A DNA stretch of 64,000 nucleotides, from contig OZ251997.1 of the NCBI GenBank assembly GCA_965247095.1, forward strand, positions 1,568,001 through 1,632,000, in the 5' to 3' direction. Positions 38,516 to 46,615 of this stretch are shown piece by piece (the stretch's first letter is position 1; each line of letters opens with the position of its first letter). The translations under genes and the position numbers were made by a program. The notes under the pieces were generated by a model that searched no databases, was not told the DNA's origin, and was given only the letters and a program-made list of their open reading frames with translations. This stretch comes from Candidatus Multivorans sp. Lineage in GTDB: Bacteria > Acidobacteriota > Thermoanaerobaculia > Multivoradales > Multivoraceae.

Positions 38516-39777
38516 AGCAGGTCTGGGCGGTAGTTCGCCGCGAGTACGTAGAGCGGGTCAAGACGAGGGCATTCATTCTGTCGACGCTGGGCATGCCCCT
38601 GCTGATCATCGGAGTGATGGTGCTGAGTGGCGTCGTCGGCGCCCTCGCTCAGGGTTCGGAACGGCAGATCGCCCTGGTCGACCTTACCCGGCAGCTCGGC
38701 GAACCTGTCACGGAGGCCCTGGAGCGAGCGGGATACGACATCGAGGTCGCCGACCCCGCCGCAGGGACCGAGGACCTGGACCAGCGGGTGCTCGACGAAG
38801 AGCTTGAGGCCTACCTCGTGCTCGACGACAGGACCGCCAGCGAAGCCTCCTTCATCTACCGCGCGAAGGAGCCCCCGGGCGAGACCCGTTCGCGGCTCAT
38901 CCGGTCGATCATCGTCGAGGAGGTCGTGGACCAACGGCTCAGCCTGATGGAGGACGGTGAGTCGGTCCGGCGACTGTTCGAGGGCGGCGCGCTGGGGTTC
39001 GAGCCCGTCGGCATCGACGAGGCCGACGTGGAGGAAGCCGAGGTCGAACGCATCACCGGCATGATCACGGGCATCGGCGGCGGCATCATCCTCTACGCCA
39101 TGATGCTCATCTACGGCGCCCAGATGCTGCAATCGGTGCTCGAAGAAAAGCAGAGCCGGGTCGTGGAGCTGGTGATCTCGTCCCTCCGCCCCTGGCAACT
39201 CATGTTGGGCAAGATCGTGGGCGTGGGCGCCGTCGGCCTGACCCAGGTCGCCATCTGGATCGGCTGCGTCGCCCTGCTGGCCACCCTGGCGCTGCCCGTG
39301 CTCCTCTCCGCGCTGCCGACCACCGAAGGAGCAAGCGAGGTCCTGCAATACCTGCCGGGCCCGGGCGCCGTGGCGCTGCTCGTCGTGTTCTTCCTGCTCG
39401 GCTACTTCCTCTACTCGAGCCTGTTCGCCGCGGTGGGGGCCATGTGCAGGAACCTGCAGGAGGCCAGCCAGGCACAAACGCCCATCATCATCCTGATCGT
39501 TGTCCCGTTCGTCCTCCAGATGACGACGATCGAGGGCGGCGGGATGCCGTGGATGGACTGGGTGGCCCTCTTCCCCTTCTTCAGCCCGATCATGATGTAC
39601 CCCCGAGCCGTCATGGGGACGGCGCCCTGGTGGATGGTGGGCGCGTCGATGGTGTTGATGGCGCTGACCGTCTGGGGCACAGCCTGGGTGGCGGGCAGGA
39701 TCTACAAGGTCGGCATCCTCAGTCAGGGCAACCGGCCCAGCCTGCGCGAGTTGGTGAGGTGGGTCAGGCAGGGGTAG
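38512..39777 (+). CDS. ABC-2 type permease (NatB/YhaP-like)
   Basis: GTGA overlap; RREYVERVKTRAF, EEKQSRVVELVISS, LMLGKIVG, RIYKVGIL. Confidence 0.92.
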   Translation: MKQVWAVVRREYVERVKTRAFILSTLGMPLLIIGVMVLSGVVGALAQGSERQIALVDLTRQLGEPVTEALERAGYDIEVADPAAGTEDLDQRVLDEELEAYLVLDDRTASEASFIYRAKEPPGETRSRLIRSIIVEEVVDQRLSLMEDGESVRRLFEGGALGFEPVGIDEADVEEAEVERITGMITGIGGGIILYAMMLIYGAQMLQSVLEEKQSRVVELVISSLRPWQLMLGKIVGVGAVGLTQVAIWIGCVALLATLALPVLLSALPTTEGASEVLQYLPGPGAVALLVVFFLLGYFLYSSLFAAVGAMCRNLQEASQAQTPIIILIVVPFVLQMTTIEGGGMPWMDWVALFPFFSPIMMYPRAVMGTAPWWMVGASMVLMALTVWGTAWVAGRIYKVGILSQGNRPSLRELVRWVRQG

Positions 39778-39843
39778 GCTCATCTACCTCTCGCGCCTTC
39801 AGACGAGTCAACAACCAGCCCGCCGCCGCACTAAGACCAGCTC

Positions 39844-42129
39844 TCAAGGAAGACAGCCGACGATCCCCAGGGTTCGTTTCACGTATCCCTGTAGTTCGGC
39901 ATCGTCGATCGGCTCCATAGCCGAATCCGGCCGCTCGGCGTGATGGTAGCGACGGCAATAGATGTTGATCTCGTCGAGCTCGTCAGCTATCCCAGCCAAC
40001 GGATGTCCTCCGGCGCACCCGCGGATCGCAACGACTATGCCCCCGAGTGTATCCTGATCACCAAATAGCTTTGGATACAGGTACCGCAAATTGCCCTCGA
40101 GCACCGGCCTGATCTTCTGGATCACATCGCCAGAATTCAACCCACCCAGAGACAGAAAGCGCTGCAGAACATCGACATCAGCACGATATCGTGCTTGAAC
40201 AGCAGACTCAATGTCCCACTCGATTATTGCCGTATTCTCTTCACCAACGCGCACTAGTTGTAGCGTCTTCCTTTCCGCCGGTTGCATTCGATCCCAAACA
40301 AGTTTCAAGAATGACGGCTCGTGCGACAACAATACGACCTGCGCACAGGTCTGTGCGCACCCGTGTATTTGATGCACCGTGTGGTTGCGCCGAAAACTGT
40401 CTTGGCTGCTGAACGGATCATCAAAGATTACGATCTTCCTCTCCCGACTGGGATCCTGCTCAACTTCAGCCAAGAAGAACGCGAGTGCCAACGTGGTTCG
40501 ATCGCCGCCGCTAAGGGTGTTCTTGAAACTTGGTCTGTTCAAGGGTGTTGCGCCGTCACCCAGATCGATAGCGCTGTTGTTGATGACTATCTGGTAGCTC
40601 GTGCTGGGTGCTCCACCGCGATAGTTGTGGGCTGGCATCGTGATTCTGAACCCTGCGTTGATGCGCTCCAGGAAGCGATTGATCCTTTGACCGTATGTCC
40701 CTATGACCCGCATCGTGTGCGCGTCAAGCTGCTCGCGCGCCTCCGCCTTACGGCTCTCGAGTTCCCGTTTCTCTTGCTGAAGGCACGCCTCAGCAGCGCA
40801 CTGTGCCTGCACTTGATGGGAGTGGCGTGCCTTCTGAGAGGTCAATCGTTCGAGACGAGTCTCTACCTCTCGCACGTTGGCCGCTCCAGTCTCGCGTCTT
40901 CTCGCTTCAATGGCAGCATTCGCGGCCGCAACGGCGGCGTTGTAGCTCGCCAGTGACGTCCTCAGCCGCTCGAAGTTGGTCAGGGCATCGGTGAATGCCG
41001 CGTCCGGTGCCAGAGACTCCAACGGTGCCGCTGCCTTCCTTCGCGCGAGATCCCGAGCGGATCCTCTGAGGGCACCAAGGACGGTTGCCGCGCTGCCGGA
41101 CGTGGGTGGCTCCAGTGGTGTGAGGTCGCAATACTGCGCCCAGAACTCCTCAGAGCCGGCGTTCTCCACCAGGAGCCGTTCAATGCTTGCTGCGACTCGC
41201 TCCGACAGAGCGTCCTCGACTCGCCTCTCGACACTCCGAACATCGTCGCGGAGTTGGTGATAGGCGCGACTGAAGTAGTTCCTGTAGGCCCGAACCAGGT
41301 TCAGAGCACCAGCGCCCTCACGCCCACAGAACGGACAAGCGTCGCCCGCCACATACGATAGACCTTCTCCTAGCCATTGCTCTCCGCGACCCGCCATGTG
41401 ATGCCGTGCGATGTGTTCGCTCACCCATTCCTCGGAATCTTCCGCCACATCTTCTAGGGTTCTCCCCAGGATTTCGGCGACCATTGAGGGAAGGGTGGGC
41501 ACCGCGACGGATGCCAAGCCAGCGCGTTCCTGAATTCTCTCGCCGCTCCGGACCGCCTGCAGTTCCTGGCCGACCACAGCAATCGTATTGTCGATTCTCG
41601 GGTCTTCGGGTAGGCCGATGAACTCCTCTACTGCCATACCAGCTACCATGTGGGCCTGAAGCTCTGTCCGCCTTTCCCGGATCTCGGCATTCTTCTTCCG
41701 GATCTGGTCGTCGAGTTGATTGATCATATTGGCGAGACTTACGCCCTCGGATCCGACGATAACGCGATAGAGGTTCCGTCGATGATGGGTGCTCACCACG
41801 TCGCCGGCAAAGACATTCTGGCTAATATACGTGCTGTCAAAAATCGCGACGTTCCGAAACGGAGCTGTCCAGGACTCGTTGACGAAATCTGCTCTTCCGT
41901 TGCTGAGGAGAAGCTCGACCTCCGGCGGGTCGCTAGAGCCAAGCGTAGTGCGCCCGGCAATGAGATCTACTGACCCAGTAGAAAGGGAGCGAAGGATCGC
42001 GCAGAGTGTCGTCTTCCCTCGTCCATTCTCGCCGAATATGAGTGTGGCGCGCCGGAACGTCACATCACCAACAGCTGCTGTACTCCTAAATCGACCGATG
42101 TTCCTGATTGAGACTATCTTCTTGAGCAT
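39844..42129 (-). CDS. AAA_13/RloC-like Rad50-SMC ATPase with zinc hook and probable C-terminal HEPN nuclease
   Basis: GENGRGKTT, coiled coils, CPFC hook, LSGGD, IFDDPFSSQD, LSHE; C-terminal IRPVLE...YCRRYHH; visibly lower GC than flanks. Confidence 0.8.
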   Translation of the reverse strand: MLKKIVSIRNIGRFRSTAAVGDVTFRRATLIFGENGRGKTTLCAILRSLSTGSVDLIAGRTTLGSSDPPEVELLLSNGRADFVNESWTAPFRNVAIFDSTYISQNVFAGDVVSTHHRRNLYRVIVGSEGVSLANMINQLDDQIRKKNAEIRERRTELQAHMVAGMAVEEFIGLPEDPRIDNTIAVVGQELQAVRSGERIQERAGLASVAVPTLPSMVAEILGRTLEDVAEDSEEWVSEHIARHHMAGRGEQWLGEGLSYVAGDACPFCGREGAGALNLVRAYRNYFSRAYHQLRDDVRSVERRVEDALSERVAASIERLLVENAGSEEFWAQYCDLTPLEPPTSGSAATVLGALRGSARDLARRKAAAPLESLAPDAAFTDALTNFERLRTSLASYNAAVAAANAAIEARRRETGAANVREVETRLERLTSQKARHSHQVQAQCAAEACLQQEKRELESRKAEAREQLDAHTMRVIGTYGQRINRFLERINAGFRITMPAHNYRGGAPSTSYQIVINNSAIDLGDGATPLNRPSFKNTLSGGDRTTLALAFFLAEVEQDPSRERKIVIFDDPFSSQDSFRRNHTVHQIHGCAQTCAQVVLLSHEPSFLKLVWDRMQPAERKTLQLVRVGEENTAIIEWDIESAVQARYRADVDVLQRFLSLGGLNSGDVIQKIRPVLEGNLRYLYPKLFGDQDTLGGIVVAIRGCAGGHPLAGIADELDEINIYCRRYHHAERPDSAMEPIDDAELQGYVKRTLGIVGCLP

Positions 42130-42777
42130 GTGATTCTCATCGCCGCGCAACAACCTAGGCACTGAGGGTATTGTTCTAGTGTTGAACTAGCTGGTCTATC
42201 TGAAGACATGGTATTCTCTTGGCCTTGGAAACTCATGAGTGTTCCGGTACCGAGACCTCACGAAGGTCCCCGCATCGTACGCAAGCCCCTAGCGAGCCTT
42301 CTCCACGACGAGAAGTCTTGCGCGGCGGCCGGCACGGTACCACAACCAGTGGTGTATGCGGACTCTTGGACAGCGCCTTGAATCACGTTCGAGGGCCGCC
42401 CCAGGAGCGCCGACGCCATCCCGCTCTTCATGCGGGCGGTACAGCGCGTGCAGGGGAGGTGACCTCGCCTGTTGTCAGGTCTACTGCCGAATGCCCGCGG
42501 GGGTCCGACATAGGCTCGCAAGGGTGGTCGGCCTGGGATTTTCCGGTAGTGTGTTTGGAACTACTCGTGGTAGGTGCCGGTTCCTCACGGACGCCTGTGG
42601 CCACACCCGTTGCCGGGGCGGGACCGGATAGCGGCTCCCGTGGTAGCTTCATGACCGCCAGTTCCTCAGCGTGAACGGCGCGTGGGCCGGTCCGCGCTGT
42701 AGGTGCTGGTGGCGTTGGTCGGTCACACCGATCGGCACAGCTCGGTCAAGGCGAGCATTGTGAGGGAGAATCTTCGA

Positions 42778-43092
42778 ATGTCGACTTACGGAACCATCCA
42801 CGACGCGATCAAGAACAAGCAAGTCGTCAGAGCCACCTACAGAGGTCGTGTTCGGGTCATGTGCCCCCATGTGCTCGGCACCAAGAACGGGCGAAAGCAG
42901 GTCCTGTGCTATCAGTTCGGCGGTTCTAGCAGTAGCGGCTTGAGGCCGGACGGTTCTGGGGAGAATTGGCGCTGCATGGTTCTGGACGGCCTCTCCAACG
43001 TCTCCGTCGAGCGCGGGCCCTGGCGTACTGCGCCCAACCACTCACGCCCCCAGACGTGCGTGGATGACGTCCACATCGAGGTTTCTTTCTAA
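42778..43092 (+). CDS. Small stand-alone WYL-like domain protein (104 aa)
   Basis: GAGGGAG SD; DAIKNKQVVRATYRGRVRVMCPHVLG..LCYQ..WRCMVLDGL; no HTH. Confidence 0.6.
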   Translation: MSTYGTIHDAIKNKQVVRATYRGRVRVMCPHVLGTKNGRKQVLCYQFGGSSSSGLRPDGSGENWRCMVLDGLSNVSVERGPWRTAPNHSRPQTCVDDVHIEVSF

Positions 43093-43306
43093 GGGCACAA
43101 GAGGTGGCGCGAATCAACGGGAATGCGAGCCAGGCCCCGGCGGACCAGTGTGGGGAAGAGTAGTGCAGCACTGCTACGAATCGCGCCGAACTCCGGTCAC
43201 CATTCTCCTGTGGTCGCCGTTTCTTCTGCTCCTCGTGCACCGGCGAGCGAGCGGCCATCTTCGGAGCGGTGCCAGAACAGGAACTCCTCGAAGGTGTAGG
43301 TTACGC

Positions 43307-43684
43307 TTAGTGGGCCTCCACCATTCCCAAACTGCTAGCACCGCCGCTGATGATAGTTCGTGTGTGGCTCCTGGGCATCTGTCGTCTTTCTAGCCAGCCG
43401 CCTCGGGTTCGCGGCGGCAACGGAGGTATCGCGCGGTCAATCCTCGCCTGGAACTGGCACCGTGAGATGAGCCACTCGCCGTGGACCTTCTCGAGGTCGT
43501 CGTCGTCGAAGCCGACGACGGTGTTGTCGACCGCTGCCTGACGTTCGACGATTACGCAGAACTCGCAGGTCGAGTGAGCCCGGTCGCCGTCGATGTCGAT
43601 CACGTGATTGGCCACACGATTTTGTGAGCGTGGGCGATTCTCGTCCCGCGTGTGTCCGGCTATCGCGTCCCGAATCGTCGGCTC
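43307..43684 (-). pseudogene. C-terminal remnant of a SnoaL/NTF2-like protein
   Basis: IRDAI...NHVIDIDGDRAHSTC...G.DDDDLEKVHGEWLISR; N-terminus absent. Confidence 0.55.
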
Positions 43685-43954
43685 TCATGCCGACGGCGAG
43701 TGCCGCGAAGTCCCCCTCACCCACCGGCGGCATCCGGCTGGCCCCGCTAGCCGTGGCGCCACCCGTCCGTCGCGAATAGGACTCACCGAGTCGGCGACCG
43801 CTTTCCTGGCGGTGCCGGCGATGAGTTGGGCTCCTACAATGGCCAGCCCGTCGGGCTCGGCAGATAAGCCATCTGAGTCAGGACCGCCGGCGCAACCAGC
43901 CGGAATCGCGATGCCAGGGAACGCGATCAATGGAATCGACAGGTTGCGTTTCAT
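43685..43954 (-). pseudogene. N-terminal remnant of a lipoprotein amidohydrolase (paralogue of 48969-50336)
   Basis: LAIVGAQLIAGT..VADSV..IRDGRV aligns to LAIVGAQLIDGT..IADSV..IRDGRV; similarity stops abruptly. Confidence 0.7.
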
Positions 43955-43975
43955 GGCGTGGAGGCTAGCTGCCGC

Positions 43976-45907
43976 CTAACCGATGATCGGCGGCATCGGG
44001 CAGCCCATCGACGCCGACACCGCCCGCAGAAGCTCCGCCTCTTCCGCCGTGACCTGCCGGTCGGCGGTGATGCAGGCGACCGCCGCCTCGAGCACGCGCT
44101 TCTTCACCTGCGGAGCGGCCCGGTCGAGCTCAACGAGGGCGGCATCGAGTTCGGCGAGACCGCATTCCTCATGCGGGAGAAGCCGGGCCTCCGGCAGCGA
44201 GAGCACTCGCCATGCCTGCTCGAACGCGCTACCTGCCGCTTGCGGATTCCGATGTCCCACGTACGCCAACACCGACATCAGCAGCGCCAACTGGGACCGC
44301 ACCGCGCTGACCGAGTTGTGCCGCACGCGCGGTCGCCTGGGCCTTCCGAAGTGCCCCTCCAGGTCCCTCAGCAGGATGCGATAGAGCGACCACTCGAACA
44401 GGTCGATCACCTCGTCCGCTTCGACTACCGCGACCAGGTTGTGCAGGAAGAGCCGGTACTGCGACGGCGTCAAGGCGCGGAGCGCGGGCAGTGAGAGCTC
44501 GAGGAGGGGCAAACGCATCCTCGGGTCGAGCTGCTCGACCAAGGGGGCCAGCCTGACGGTTTCCTCGTAGACGCCGCGGTCGGCCGCCGCTTCGAGGTGC
44601 GAGAGCTGCAACTGTCTTGGCCCGGGGTCCCGGTCGAGCACGAGCGCGTAGACCACCGCGCGGGCGCCGTAGGGCTCGCGGGCAGCCTCGACGACCGGCT
44701 TGGGCAGGTGGTCGATCAGGTCCGCGGCGTACTCGATGTGCGCGGGGGTCGGTTGCCCGACGTGGCTGACGGCGTCCGCGACATTCGTGCCGGCGCCGGC
44801 CCCGGCAGCGGCTTCGGCCCCCGCGAAGCCCGCGGCGCCTGGCGCGGCAGCCGCCGCTTGTGCGCCAACGGCCCCGGCAGGCAGTTCGGGAAACTCACCG
44901 TCCCAGGAGGGGTCGATGCGCTTGATCCGTTCCTTGAGCGGCGGATGGGTCGCGAACATCGCGTTGAATCCGGAGGTCGCGCGACCAAAGAACATGTGAC
45001 TCGCCTGCGGCGCGTTCGGGTTCTTGACCGCCGAGCCGGCCACGAAGCCGCCGATCTTCTTGAGCGCCCCGGCGATACCGGAAGGCTGGCGCGTGAACTG
45101 CACGGCCGAGGCGTCCGCCAGGAACTCCCGCTGCCGGCTGACCGCGGCCTTGATCAGGTTGCCGAAGAACGTGCCGGCGAAACCGATGACCGCGAGCCCG
45201 GCGCCGATCGCCAGGATAGGCAGAGCGCCCTTGCTGTCTCTCGATCGTCCGCCACCGGTAAAGAACGACATCCTCAGGACGAAGTAGCCGATCATCCCGA
45301 TGATCAGGATGCCGTGCAGCAGGCCGATCAGACGGACGTTGAGCCGCATGTCGCCGTTCAGGATGTGGCTGAACTCGTGCGCGATCACCCCCTGGAGTTC
45401 ATCGCGGTCGAGCGTCGTCGCCGTCCCCCGCGTGACGCCGATGACGGCGTCCTGCGGCGTCAACCCGGCCGCGAACGCGTTGATGCCCTCCTCCTGCTCC
45501 AGCAGGTAGACAGGCGGTGTCGCGGTGCCGGAGGCGATGGCCATCTCCTCGACGACGTTGAGCAGCCTTCGTTCCACCGGATCCGATGTGCCCGTATCCA
45601 CAAGCCGTCCGCCCAGCTCCTCGGCAACCACCCTGCCGCCGCCGCTCAGTTGGGCGACCTTGTACAGGCTGCCTCCGCCGACAACGACCAGGGTGCCGAC
45701 GACCGCCAGGATCAGGAGCCGGGGGTCGGCGACGGCCGTCCAGTCGACCTCGTTGGTCTCGGGATCGCGCCCGAGGTAGCCCATCGCGCCGGCCAGCAGC
45801 ACCTCGATGGAGGCCATGATCGCGAGGACCGCAAGCCCGAACAGGACCACAAGGCGGACCGTGCTCCGCCTGGCCGTGTCCTGCCGCTGAAAGAAGTCTG
45901 TGGCCAT
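43976..45907 (-). CDS. M48 (HtpX-like) zinc metalloprotease with TerB-like C-terminal domain
   Basis: NVVEEMAIASG, INAFAAG, ELQGVIAHEFSH, REFLADA, ATHPP; ADRQVTAEEAELLR. Confidence 0.9.
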   Translation of the reverse strand: MATDFFQRQDTARRSTVRLVVLFGLAVLAIMASIEVLLAGAMGYLGRDPETNEVDWTAVADPRLLILAVVGTLVVVGGGSLYKVAQLSGGGRVVAEELGGRLVDTGTSDPVERRLLNVVEEMAIASGTATPPVYLLEQEEGINAFAAGLTPQDAVIGVTRGTATTLDRDELQGVIAHEFSHILNGDMRLNVRLIGLLHGILIIGMIGYFVLRMSFFTGGGRSRDSKGALPILAIGAGLAVIGFAGTFFGNLIKAAVSRQREFLADASAVQFTRQPSGIAGALKKIGGFVAGSAVKNPNAPQASHMFFGRATSGFNAMFATHPPLKERIKRIDPSWDGEFPELPAGAVGAQAAAAAPGAAGFAGAEAAAGAGAGTNVADAVSHVGQPTPAHIEYAADLIDHLPKPVVEAAREPYGARAVVYALVLDRDPGPRQLQLSHLEAAADRGVYEETVRLAPLVEQLDPRMRLPLLELSLPALRALTPSQYRLFLHNLVAVVEADEVIDLFEWSLYRILLRDLEGHFGRPRRPRVRHNSVSAVRSQLALLMSVLAYVGHRNPQAAGSAFEQAWRVLSLPEARLLPHEECGLAELDAALVELDRAAPQVKKRVLEAAVACITADRQVTAEEAELLRAVSASMGCPMPPIIG

Positions 45908-45929
45908 TGGGCCGCGCGGAACGCCTTGG

Positions 45930-46538
45930 CTACTCGAACGACACGCTTGGCGCTTCGGCGATCGCCTCGCTGTCGAACTCGAGCAGCGTCGCGTCCTTCC
46001 CGTGACCGAACATCCCGGCGATCATCACGGCCGGGAACCTCTGCTTGTAGGTGTTGTAGAGCGTCACAGTGTCGTTGAACGCTTGGCGCGAAAAGGCGAC
46101 CTTGTTCTCCGTCGAGCGAAGCTCCTCGCTGAGCTGCATCATGTTCTGGTTCGCCTTCAGGTCCGGGTAGCTCTCAGCGAGCGCGAAAAGGCGGCCCAAC
46201 GTACCGGTGAGGACGCCTTCGGCCGACGCAAGGCCCTGGATCGCCGCCGCATCGCCCGGATCCGCGGCGGCCTGCTCCAGTCCTCCGGCGGCCATGTTCC
46301 GGGCCTGAATCACCGCCTCGAGCGTTTCCCGCTCGTGCTTCATGTAGCCCTTCGCCACCTCGACCATGTTCGGAATCAGGTCGTAGCGGCGCTTGAGCTG
46401 AACCTCGATCTGCGCGAACCCGTTCTGATACCGGTTCTTCAGGGTGACCAGCTTGTTGAACGTCCCGATCATCGACCCGCCAAAAATGATGGCGAGGAGG
46501 ACCAGGACGGCCAGGAACACGATGGTGACTAAGCTCAT
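45930..46538 (-). CDS. lemA: LemA family protein
   Basis: QIEVQLKRRYDLIPN, HERETLE, ESYPDLKANQN, TENKVAFSRQAFND. Confidence 0.95.
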   Translation of the reverse strand: MSLVTIVFLAVLVLLAIIFGGSMIGTFNKLVTLKNRYQNGFAQIEVQLKRRYDLIPNMVEVAKGYMKHERETLEAVIQARNMAAGGLEQAAADPGDAAAIQGLASAEGVLTGTLGRLFALAESYPDLKANQNMMQLSEELRSTENKVAFSRQAFNDTVTLYNTYKQRFPAVMIAGMFGHGKDATLLEFDSEAIAEAPSVSFE

Positions 46539-46615
46539 GAACTGCCTCCGCTAGAGGGGCCGGTAGTTGACCCGGTCCCGGATGCTGTCACACAGGACGC
46601 TCTTCGCCCCCGTCG

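Noticed and set aside
43085-43310. Integron attC site after the WYL-like gene
   Set aside because: No properly spaced RYYYAAC/GTTRRRY pair and no integrase in the window
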